Assembly: GCA_964016885.1 (NCBI GenBank)
Contig: OZ024764.1
Span: 21,266,001 to 21,330,000, forward strand
Source: Eledone cirrhosa
Taxonomy: Eukaryota
Direction: 5' to 3'
Length of the DNA stretch: 64,000 nucleotides
Below the pieces are notes generated by a model. That model searched no databases. It worked only from the letters and a program-made list of their open reading frames with translations, and was not told the DNA's origin. Positions 1 to 11,379 of the stretch are shown here, in pieces (the stretch's first letter is position 1; each line of letters begins with the position of its first letter). A program made the position numbers and the translations under genes.

Positions 1-210
1 AAGCCCTAAGCTATATGAAATTAGAGGTTCTTCTCCAAAAATATATAATTATCTTTTATATTAATGTTAATGATAAAGAATAAATAATATAATAAATATA
101 CCACCATAGGTGCTGAGGTGGCTAGCTGCTGGTGTGAACCTCACAAGATGGAATAGCTCTTCCAGCACATCTAGAACATGACCCTCTAATATCTAGTATT
201 TAGTAACAAA

Positions 211-535
211 CTAGACCACCCGGGACCTGTTGGGTCACGTTGCCTTAAAATTATCTTTTAAGTTATTTAAAAATAATTTTTAAATAGTTAAAATATACAC
301 ATACGTATATATATATATACACACACACACACACATTTTATTAAACAACACCACCAGCGCCCACTCTCTCCCTATATTTATGAAGGTACCCAGAAAACCC
401 CGTATCTTGGGAACCTGTGCTCCAATTTAAACAAATCTTGTTTTATTCCTTTCAAAGTATTTCCCCATTATGCACTGTTTTAGCTGTATTAAATTACGGA
501 CAAGACACAATCACAGAGTTTTAGTAGTATATAGA
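211..535 (-). mobile_element. Non-autonomous Helitron-like element (subfamily A)
   Basis: Minus strand reads A^TCTATATACTACTAAAACTC...GTGACCCAACAGGTCCCGGGTGGTCTAG^T. This gives a 5' TC, a 3' hairpin plus CTAG, an A/T insertion site, no TSD and an internal microsatellite. Confidence 0.65.
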
Positions 536-663
536 TAATATAGCTTCAAATTAAAGTTAGTAAACGACAGTTTGGAGAAATCTGTAACATTTATTAAAGA
601 TTCCTCAAGTTTGTCAATTCTATAGCACAATAGTTTGTTAGTTAAAGTGTTTAGTTAGATATT

Positions 664-1030
664 CTACATATAAAGAAGAGAGAATACTTTACCACAAATA
701 TTAGTGGTATATGATTTTCCCATCTCTTCTGGAAAATATTCCTATGTTGATGTAAATATTTCTATTGTTCATAATTTTATCAAATGTGATCTTTGTCAAT
801 ATCCAAATATTTTGAAAACTCCTTTGTAAATATCTAAAGTTTAATCAGAATGTAAAATCATCTTGTAAATATTCCAGACAGTGAAAAAGGAATATGTTGT
901 TATTTATCTCAATTCAAAAGAAATATTTCACCATAATTCACCACAGACTAAACAAGTTTATATCACTTGTATGTAACATCTTTCTGTTGTCTTTAAAAGA
1001 CTCTTTTCTGTCAAGGTCATGTGATATTCT
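664..1030 (-). pseudogene. Relic C2H2-ZNF exon (single degenerate finger), frameshifted copy
   Basis: Homologous to 7271-7540 and to the 5' part of the ZNF coding exon. Acceptor-like TACTATTTCAG at 1029-1039. Confidence 0.55.
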
Positions 1031-1815
1031 GAAATAGTAGAGAAACATTATTAAGATATTTAGAAAATAGAGAAACAACAGTGAAAACTTTACTACATCT
1101 CTATATTAATAGATATAAACCTTACATGGTGACACAAACACTGCAACACTAACTTACAGGAAAGCATATAGTTACTTGATCTAGTTACTTCAATCAGGTG
1201 AAGAGATAAACTAGATTGACTTCATTCTCATCAGAAAACAGGATAGACAGATGGTTGGGAATATTAACTCCTTTACTGGAGAAGGACGTACCACTCAACA
1301 TAGACTAGATACTAGGTGTAATATCTAGAGGGACTGATAGATACAAGACTATGTGGAGAAAGAAGGGTTGGAGAGTAAAAGATCTCCCTGTTTAACATAA
1401 CATCTAGAGGGACTGTGAGAGGTACAAGACAACCTAGAGAAAAGGATAGGGACAGTAAAAGATCTCACTCGAGGTAAGACTGCCTCAGAAAGTATTAGAG
1501 GGAGACTCCGGCACCCCATGTGATGTGAGACTGATTGACAGTGTGTTGACTTAATATTTTCATTTGTTGTGATTCTAGGTGAAATATATCTCTATGTAAG
1601 TAACTTGGTTACGTGAATCATTGTGAATCTCGTAAATACTTAAACAGAAATCTACTTAGGACACAAAATAAAGCAGAGTCCATTGTACAAAACACATAAA
1701 GAACGGATATCAAAAAGAAGGGTGAATGCAACTAGAGTTGTCTCCCCTTACATATGTTTTACCGTAGTGTACGTTTGTGTGTTTCTCTCTCACTATATAT
1801 ATATAAATATATGTA

Positions 1816-2039
1816 TTTTTTTTACGATCGACTTTCCGTCAAATCGGACCGAGGAAACAATGTTTCCATTGGTCTTTCCAATTGCTAATACTATCTATCG
1901 GTCGCAACTCCAGGTAGAAGGAGCAACGTGAAATAAAATGTCTTGCTCAAGGACAGAACGCATCGCCCAGTCTGAGAATCGAACTCACAACCTCACAATT
2001 CCGAATCCAATTCTCTAACCACTCAGCCACACGCCTTCA
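1816..2039 (-). mobile_element. tRNA-derived SINE
   Basis: Minus strand has A box TGGCTGAGTGG and B box GAGTTCGATTC, then CCTTGAGCAAGACA and an A-rich tail. Other copies at 20030-20128 (partial), 41212-41380 and 57810-58030. Confidence 0.8.
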
Positions 2040-2439
2040 TATATATATATATATGAAAAAAATCTCGTTTTTTTACAAAAACAATATAAAATAATGGAAG
2101 GTGGAGAAGTTAAAACAGCTCAACATACAGTAATTTATTATAATAAACACTACAAAAGACTGTCTCATACTTCTTTGAAAGATGTTTTCAAACAAACACG
2201 TGTACAAAATCCTATTGTGTTAAAAGTAATAATTACGTATGAAACAAATTATTCATTAAAGTAATTAGCAAATACGTTTTTATATATGGTGTCTAGCAAG
2301 GGGACCCACTCGCCTCACTCCTATTGGTGGTGACAGTTGACAACATGGTCTAGTTACCCCTGTCTGGTACCTAGATGACACAACCCTGAGTGGCTCGGCT
2401 GTGACAGGTTAAGGTCTCTCTATACCCCAGTATATTACA

Positions 2440-2640
2440 GTCCAACATAACTGGGATGAAATCATTCGTAGGTCTCTTCACACTGGTCACCATCGAGACC
2501 TCAGAAGTACTTGGACCCCATACTGCCAAGCTCCTCTGTAAGATCAGTACGTTGGTGGCCCTTCTGAAGAGGGTGCCCCATGAGGTTGGGGTGGCTGTTG
2601 CAGTGGGTGTAACTGTCCATCGTCCGGGGCGAATACTTTT
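2440..2640 (+). mobile_element. Degenerate 3' fragment of a CRE-clade (RLE) retrotransposon
   Basis: Translates FTLVTIETSEVLGPHTAKLL...PHEV/WLLQW..SIVRG, resembling FQPVAFETFGGVGP...WLFQHLSL..RGN of the 35011-35544 element. Copies at ~20440-20610 and ~57220-57400. Confidence 0.55.
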
Positions 2641-2852
2641 GCAGTCTTATCCACAGGGCGCAGCACTTCTGCCCCCTTGACCTAGACCCAAAGCTCAATT
2701 ATTTGCTTTTTGCTGTGAGGACTTTCGTATTTAGTTCTTTTATGACCCTTCTTTGAAATGTAGTCTTTGACTCATGTGGTGATCTCCTGGTAGTTAATGT
2801 AGCAGAAGACACTGATGGACATGCTGCCCTCCCTAGTGTTGGTAACCTACAT

Positions 2853-4895
2853 CAGACATGTCAAACATGCGGCCCTTGGCAAGCAAACCTGCGGCCCACA
2901 CAAAGGTTTTTACAGTGCGAGCATGTTTCATTTTCGTAATATAAAATTTAGAACATTTTCGATACAATTGTTTTTTTGGTGCAATTTTTGTCAACTACTT
3001 TTAACTTCCATTAATCACGTGCAGCTCATTAACAGAAAACTTTCTTTCAAAATTTCAAAAGATTTTGTTTTTGAAATGGTTAGTGCTCCTCCAGCTAAGA
3101 GAAAAAGGAAATTGAACGAAGAAGGGCAAGTGTTTCAAGAAAAGTGGGAATTACAGTATTTTTGCTCAACGCTGAACAGAAAGATACACTGTTTAATTTG
3201 CAACAACTACATGTCCACACCAAAAGAGTACAATTTAAAAAGACATTATGAAACAAACCCACGATCTTACGATAAATATGAAGGCCCAATGTGTGTTTCA
3301 AGACTCAAGGAATTGAAGTCTAACTTGACACAGCAACAGACCTGTTTTATGTTAATTCAGGAAGAGGATGTGACTTCTGTTACTGCAAGCTATGAACTCA
3401 GTCAAATGATTGCCATGAGTGGGAAATCTTACAGTGAAGGAGATTTTGTAAAGCAATGTCTTGTAAAAACAGCTGAAATTGTCCAGAGAAAGCAGAGTTA
3501 TTCAAAGACATTTCATTAACCAGGAACACTGTTGCTGAACAGATTAATGAAATGTCAGGTGATCTGAAACAACAGTTAAAGGCTGTATCATCAAGGTTTG
3601 AACATGTTTCTATTGCTATTGAAGAGACTTGACATCACTGGAATAGTACAGCTTGCATTCTTCACCAGGACCTGTGACAGTGAATTTAATATTTATGAAG
3701 AACTGATTGAACTGGTCCTCAAGCATGACACTATAACAAGCCAGGACATCTTTGAGAAGGTCAAGCAGGGTCTGCATGGTTTTGATCTGAGTAAACTTGC
3801 ATGTTTATCTACTGACAGTGCTGCAAATATGGTTGGTAGACATAATGGTGTTGCTGCCAAGTTACAAACAAAAATAGAAAACTCATATCTAGATTCATCA
3901 TTTGCACATTTTCACTATTATTCATCAGCAAAATTTATGTTCAAATATTTTAAAATTGCATCATGTGCTTAGCTTGGTCACAAAGACAGTGAACTAAATC
4001 AGAGGCCGTTTTCTCAACCACCGTCAGTTCAGCCAGTTGTTGGAAGATATGGATAATCAGTTCACCGAAGTTCCATTCTACACAGAAGTCTGCTGGTTGA
4101 CATGTCACAAAGTGCTGAAAAGATTCTATTTGTTGAAATAATTATGTTTTTGGAGATGAAAGGTCAAAACACAGATGAAATAAAAGATGAAAGTCGGCTC
4201 CAATATCTGGCTTTATTTGTGGATATTACTGCACAATTAACTGATCTTAATTTGAAATTACAAGGTAAAAACAAACCCATCACTCAGTTGTATGATGACA
4301 TCAAGTTCTTCATTAGAAAACTTAGCTTATGGAAGTCTCCGTTGTCAGATGAAAATTTAATTCATTTTCTGATGTGCAAAGAGCTGAAAATCACTGCCAA
4401 TACTGAGTCTGTACTTAGCTTAACAAAAACTTCGCAGAGAACAAGGTTGACAGATCAACACTTGTCATTTCTGATTAAAGTTGGAACTGTACAGACATTT
4501 CAGCCAGACATACCAAACATTGTCAACAGAAAGAAGTGTCAAGCCTCAGCACAAAACACTAAAAATGGTTGAATAGTAGCAAATAAATGTTCAGTTTTCA
4601 ACTGTTGTTATTTGTGTACAATGTATTTGTTGCTGTTACAATCTGCAAGTATATGTTGACATGTTAAATTTTAGTTTTTTGTCAAACTACTTCATTACTT
4701 TGTATTCATGAATGCTGCTAAAACATTTGTATGTACGTTGTATGTTTCTAAATTTAAGTAACAAATCTTTCTGTATTAAATTTTATGAAATGACATTAAT
4801 TAGTTGTTGTGTACATAATTAGTTGCAGTGTGCAACCCTCAGACAACACATGTGACCTATGTGGCCCTTGGGGAATCCTCAGTTTGTTATGCCTC
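2853..4895 (+). mobile_element. hAT (SPIN/Charlie-like, GTF2IRD2-type) DNA transposon fossil, internally deleted
   Basis: Imperfect TIRs CAGACATGTCAAAC / GTTTGTTATGCCTC, flanked by the 8-bp TSD ACCTACAT (2845-2852, 4896-4903). Frameshifted transposase with BED-like CLIC..KEYNLKRHYET, TDSAANMVG and LNLKLQG motifs. Confidence 0.9.
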
Positions 4896-5179
4896 ACCTA
4901 CATCATAAACACACCCAACACAGGCTGTAATGTGGTTGGTCATATGAAGGACATCTAGCCATAGAAAGCAGGCCTGACGATAGTGTCGGAGAACCCTTCA
5001 ATCATGACAAAGACATGACAACCTTTTCTGTGCACTCAGTAGCAAATGAGACCTTATGTAAATAAGTCTCAGATTCTTGGTCTGTCTGGGAGATCAGTAG
5101 CCTCACTTCAGTACTTACTTGGTTGAAGTAGACTCATTAAACCCTTGTTAGCAGGGAAATCTGATGTTGAATATGTAAC

Positions 5180-5680
5180 CTCAACCTCTTCTTATCAACC
5201 CACTTATTCCAGAAAGGGTCTTGGGGGCAGAGTCCTCAAACACTCCCTTCAACAGGTCCTGTCAGAAGCAACCCACTCCAACTTATGTGGCTGGATCTCC
5301 CAGAGAGACCAGCCAAGCTCATGGATGTTATGTGACCATCTTGCTCAGGTCTACCCCTGGGTCTCCTGCCAGTTAGTTTAGCCTGTAAAATCTATCCAGT
5401 GATTCTTTCCTCAGACATTCTAACCACATGGCCATAGTATTGCAGCTGTGATCTCTCAAATAGGAGAAGTAACAGCTCCACCTGGAGTGTTCCTTCAAAG
5501 ACCCTTCAGAGGAATCCCATATCTGCCATTTGTATTCCCAATCATATTATTTTGGTCATTACCCAAGATATGTGACCATAGGTAAGGGTTGGCACAAAAA
5601 CCTAATTGAAGACAGCAAGTTTGGCTTTTATGCCTACCTCCCTTCTTCTGATTAGTGAATATTGGAGCTGGTGCATTACT
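5180..5680 (-). mobile_element. RTE (Expander/Rex3-like) LINE 3' fragment
   Basis: Minus strand encodes LQVELLLL.ERSQLQYYGHVVRMSEER...GRRPRGRP. Copies at ~23450-23970 and ~54850-55380 (+). Confidence 0.7.
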
Positions 5681-5689
5681 GATATTTCA

Positions 5690-6375
5690 CTGCCCACACT
5701 GCAAAGTGGTTGGGTAGGAGATATGACAAAAAGCACCCAACCCACACTGTAAAGAACACACAGTCTACATTATAAGGTGGTCATGTAGGTGATATGACAA
5801 AAAAGAAACTAGCCCACACTGTAAAGAACACACAGCAAACACTATAAGCTGGTCATGGAGTTGATTTGACAAAAAGTACCCAGCCCAAACTGTAAAGTGG
5901 TCATGTAGGTGACAACAAAAAGTACCCAGCCAAAACTTTAAAATGGTCATGTTGGTGTCACAACAAAAAGTACCCAGCCCAAAATGTAAAGTGGTCATGT
6001 AGGTGACAACAAAAAGTACCCAGCCAAAACTTTAAAATGGTCATGTAGGTGTCACAACAAAAAGCACCCAATGCACACTTTAAAGTGGTCATGTAGCTGT
6101 CACAACAAAAAGCACCCAGCCCACACTGTAAAGTGGTCATGTAGGTGTCACAACAAAAAGCACCCAGCCCACACTGTAAAGTGGTCGTGATGGTGAGATG
6201 GTAAAATGCACCCAGTACTCAATGTAATTATGGTTGGTGCATCCAGCTGTAGAAACCAATCCAAAATTTGTTCTGTAGAAGCAACACGTGATCACCTGAT
6301 CTGGCCTTGCTTACAACAGGATAACTCGTCTAACCCATGCCAGTGTGAAAAAACTGATGTTAAACAGTGATGATA
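5690..6375 (+). repeat. 48-bp (plus ~70-bp variant) minisatellite expanded inside an RTE-related SINE, with SINE tail
   Basis: Tandem CCCAGCCCACACTGTAAAGTGGTCATGTAGGTGTCACAACAAAAAGCA, ending in ATCCAGCTGTAGAAACC...CCCATGCCAG...GATGAT. Confidence 0.85.
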
Positions 6376-6778
6376 TAACATTTGTTTAATAATGAATTCC
6401 AATCTCATTGTTAACAGCTATAGATGTCAGGATGTGAACCTTCTTACTGAAATATCTTCTCCATGTTAGTGGCTGAAGAAGATTTAGAAAACTTTCACAC
6501 AATAACAGTATTCCCTAACTTCTCCCCTAAAAAATACAAGACAAGCAGGGGCAGACTTTTACCTACTGAAGCCCTAAGCTATATAAAATTAGAGGTTCTT
6601 CTCTAAAAATATATAATTATCTTTTATATTAATGTTAATGATAAAGAATAAATAATATAATAAATATACCACCATAGGTGCTGAGGTGGCTAGCTGCTGG
6701 TGTGAGCCTCACGAGATGGAATGGCTCTTCCAGCCCATCTAGAACATGACCATGTAATATCTAGTATTTAGTAACAAA

Positions 6779-7142
6779 CTAGACCACCCGCGACCTGTTG
6801 CGTCACGTTCCCTTAAAACTATTATTTTAAAATCATGTTCACTTTAAAATAATTTTCAAATAGTTAAAATATACAGACATATATATATATATAGACACAT
6901 TTTATTAAACAACACCAGCAGCTCTCTCTCTCTCTTCCATCTGTCTCCTCACTCTCACAACCACTATCTCTTTCTCTCCCTATATTTATGAAGGTACCCA
7001 GAAAACCCCGTATCTTGGGAACCTGTGCTCCATTTTATACAAAATTGTTTTATTCCTTTCAGAGTATTTCCCCATTATGCACTGTTTTAGCTGTATTAAA
7101 TTACAGACAAGACACAATCACAGAGTTTTAGTAGTATATAGA
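6779..7142 (-). mobile_element. Non-autonomous Helitron-like element (subfamily A)
   Basis: Same A^TC...hairpin-CTAG^T termini as 211-535. Further copies at 25311-25418 (truncated), 44954-45298 and 53708-54084 (+). Confidence 0.65.
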
Positions 7143-7270
7143 TAATATAGCTTCAAATTAAAGTTAGTAAATGACAGTTTGGAGAAATCTGTAACATTTA
7201 TTAAACATTCCTCAAGTTTGTCAATTCTATAGCACAATAGTTTGTTAATTAAAGTGTTTAGTTAGATGTT

Positions 7271-7540
7271 CTACATATAAAGAAGAGAGAATACTTTACC
7301 ACAAATATTACAGTGGTATAATGATTTTCCCATCTCTTCTGGAAAATATTCCTATGTTGATGTAAATATTTCTATTGTTCATAATTTTACCAAATGTGAT
7401 CTTTGTCAATATCCAAATATTTTGAAAACTCCTTTGTAAATATCCAAAGTTTAATCAGAATGTAAAATCATCTTGTAAATATTCCAGACAGTGAAAAAGG
7501 AATATGTTGTTATTTATCTGTCAAGGTCATGTGATATTCT
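7271..7540 (-). pseudogene. Relic C2H2-ZNF exon with one broken finger
   Basis: 7333-7271 encodes MGKSLYHCNICGKVFSLLYM*, with EHLTKH in a shifted frame. The upstream acceptor TACTATTTCAG|AATATC resembles the ZNF acceptor TTATTTCAG|AATACC. Confidence 0.65.
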
Positions 7541-7830
7541 GAAATAGTAGAGAAACATTATTAAGATATTTAGAAAATAGAGATACAACAGTGAAAACTT
7601 TACTACATCTCTATATTAATAGATATAAACCTTACATGGTGACACAAACACTGCAACACTAACTTACAGGAAACCATCTAGTTACTTGATCTAGTTACTT
7701 CAATCAGGTGAAGAGATAAACTAGATTGACTTCATTCTCATCAGAAAACAGGATAGACAGATGGTTGGGAATATTAACTCCTTTACTGGAGAAGGACGTA
7801 CCACTCAACATAGACTAGATACTAGGTGTA

Positions 7831-8265
7831 AGATCTAGAGGGACTGACAGATACAAGACTATCTGGAGATAGAAGGGTTGGAGAGTAAAAGATCTCCCTG
7901 TTAAATATAAGATCTACAGGGATTGTGAGGGAGGTACAAGACGACCTAAAGAAAAGGGTTGGAGAGGAAAAGATCTCCCTGTTAAATATAAGATCTAGAG
8001 GGACTGTGAGAGAGGTACAAGAAAACCTAGAGAAAAGGGTAGGGCTAGTAAAAGATCTCCCTGTTAAATATAAGATCTAGAGGGACTGTGAAAGAGATAC
8101 AAGACAATCTAGAGAAAAGGGTAGGGATAGTAAAAGATCTCCCTGTTAAATATAAGATATATATAGGGACTGTGAGAGAGGTACAAGACAACCTAGAGAA
8201 AAGAGAAGGGACAGTAAAAGATCTCCCTCTTAAATATAAGATCTAGAGGGACTGTGAGAGTGGTA
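7831..8265 (+). repeat. 82-bp minisatellite derived from RTE coding sequence (~5 units)
   Basis: GATCTAGAGGGACTGTGAGAGAGGTACAAGACAACCTAGAGAAAAGGGTAGGGACAGTAAAAGATCTCCCTGTTAAATATAA repeats, running into an RTE-like YDKEE.IDSYDIEDI.KFLSDSLL segment (to ~8520). Confidence 0.85.
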
Positions 8266-8619
8266 CATATGATAAGGAGGAGGATATTGATAGCTATGAC
8301 ATAGAAGATATCTGCAAGTTTCTTTCAGACAGCCTGTTGTGAACCACTGATGAGATCTGTAGTTGATGTAAGCTGCCAGCCAGATGAATGTTGCCTTGGT
8401 GATGGAATAGTAAAGTAGATAGAAGTTGAAATCTAAAAGACCTGAAGAGGCAGGAGGGGAACAACAATATCAAATAGTTAAAATGGAAGCTAGATATTAG
8501 GCTTACAAGTTATTGATTTCTGTTGATATTGTTAAATATGTTTAATTTGTGATATTTGAGACAATGTACAGGACAATAGAATTAATATCAATGTCTGACT
8601 AACAACAACAAAAGTTTTC

Positions 8620-8630
8620 ATTTTATTGGC
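8620..8630 (-). terminator. Putative poly(A) signal of ZNF copy 1
   Basis: AATAAA on the minus strand ~270 nt past the stop codon, conserved at ~28027 and 52396. Confidence 0.4.
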
Positions 8631-8892
8631 AGGTTTAAATTACAGAAGTTCCCAACCTTTACTAAAAATACAAATATATATCTTACCTGTTAAAGTATAA
8701 TAAATCAAAGTTTAATGTGAAAAACTTTAATTTACACCAAATCTTCAAACACTGCTTCAAAAATGGAAACCTGGTTTTATGATCCCTGTCCTAGGTAAAA
8801 CCTACAAGGTTATCCCCAGTTTTAGCAAGGATGATGGATCTACACAATTGTTGTTGTTGTAGTATTATGTAATGAGTTTGATATTGATACAG

Positions 8893-9774
<882 letters not shown>

Positions 9775-10576
9775 TCAATGACCTCAGTTTCTCACATAAT
9801 TCACAGTTTTAATATTTTTCTCCTCTTAATATATATGGATATTTTTCTTCTTTATGTTTATAATATTATTCCTAAAATATATTCCTCCAGATATATTTCT
9901 ATCAACTTTGGTCTTTCTTTATATTTAAAGATGATACAAACTGTTTTGTAGATCTCTTCAAGTTTAATATACATATAAAATCATCTTGTACATATTCCAG
10001 ACAGTGAAGAATCTAATTTTTCTGGTTTTTATTTGATTAGTTATTCCTGTAATAATGGAAATATTTCTACTCCTGTAGTTCCATCAACTATCAACTTTGT
10101 CAATATATGAAGATCTTACAAAATCATTTGTGAATTTCTTCAGCCTTATTTTGTATTTTCTACATATTCCAGACAGCAAAGAATAGAAGTGTTATTGAGT
10201 TTACAAGAAATATTTTCCAGTATTTCTCCCATAGATTTATATAAACAAGGTTGTATCTGTTCTGTATAACAGCTTCCTTTCGTCTTTAAATAATGGTGTT
10301 GATGAAACAACTGATATAAAAGTGTTTTATCCTTTTCATATCAGTCTTTATATTTATCTAAAAACTTTCCATTGTAACTTCATGAAATTGTGCAAAGTTA
10401 TGTTCCAAATAGCAGCTTAATACTGATAAATTTAGTTATATTACTAAATCCCTTCAAAGTGTTGAGTGTTTTCAAAATTATTTGAAAATGATGGGTAGTT
10501 TCTTTCATTAGAAATGGTTAATATTGAGGATATGTCTGATGTAACGTGCTCTTTAATGCCAATGTCCTCTGGTATT

Positions 10577-10600
10577 CTGAAATAATAAAAGAACATTATA
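10577..10600 (-). promoter_or_regulatory. Putative 3' splice acceptor of the ZNF coding exon
   Basis: Minus strand TGTTCTTTTATTATTTCAG|AATACC, conserved at 30209 (9-bp shorter tract) and 50358 (+). Confidence 0.55.
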
Positions 10601-10719
10601 AGATACTCAGAAACTTGTAATACATCAGTACAAATTTCATATAATATTTCTATATTGATAAATGGACTGTAATAAATACTAAGGCCTTCTTTTGTGAAGA
10701 ATGTGCTGACTAACATAGG

Positions 10720-11170
10720 TTAGTTATTAGTGGCAGTAGATTATACTGACTGATAAAAGTAGTTATTAGTGACATTAGATTAAACTGACTGATAAAAGTA
10801 GTTGTTAGTGACATTAGATTAAACTGACTGATAAAAGTAGTTATTAGTGGCATTAGATTATACTGACTGATAAAAGTAGTTATTAGTGACATTAGATTAA
10901 ATTGACTGATAAAAGTAGTTATTAGTGACATTAGATTATACTGACTGATAAAAGTAGTTATTAGTGACATTAGATTAAACTGACTGATAAAAGTAGTTAT
11001 TAGTGACATTAGATTATACTGACTGATAAAAGTAGTTATTAGTGGCATTAGATTATACTGACTGATAAAAGTAGTTATTAGTGACATTAGATTATACTGA
11101 CTGATAAAAGTAGTTATTAGTGACATTAGATTAAACTGACAGATAAAAGTAGTTATTAGTGACATCAGAT
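10720..11170. repeat. 39-bp intronic VNTR (~11.5 units)
   Basis: Tandem TAGATTATACTGACTGATAAAAGTAGTTATTAGTGACAT. It accounts for the MSLITTFISQYNL repeat ORF. Confidence 0.95.
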
Positions 11171-11379
11171 TAACCCTTTAGTATTCACATTACTCTATAT
11201 TTACTATTATATTTTCACAGTAAATGCTTTATCTCTCATAATATCAAATCTATGAGATATTGATGTTACTTAATTTGAGAACAATACCGTAACATAAGTA
11301 TAAGTGACCAGTTACGGCCAGTTTGAACAGAAAGATGTGGGAGAATTCTGGCCAGATATGGCCAGTTTATATACTAAAG

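Noticed and set aside
1960-2039. Possible tRNA gene (also 57810-57890)
   Set aside because: The A and B boxes continue into a SINE body and tail, and no convincing cloverleaf is visible.
2815-4572. Domesticated GTF2IRD2/EPM2AIP1-like host gene
   Set aside because: It is bounded by TIRs and a TSD and carries multiple stops and frameshifts in all copies.
5690-8265. CRISPR-like appearance of the regular repeats
   Set aside because: The units are contiguous with no unique spacers, there are no cas genes, and the context is eukaryotic.
10444-10716. 90-aa ORF as an N-terminal effector exon of the ZNF
   Set aside because: It spans the predicted acceptor, stops ~680 nt before the finger ORF, and shows no recognisable KRAB, SCAN, BTB or ZAD motif.
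10710-11165. Repeat-protein ORFs MSLITTFISQYNL (also 30274-31140)
   Set aside because: These are by-products of a 39-bp (in-frame) VNTR. Length varies freely among paralogs and there is no domain evidence.
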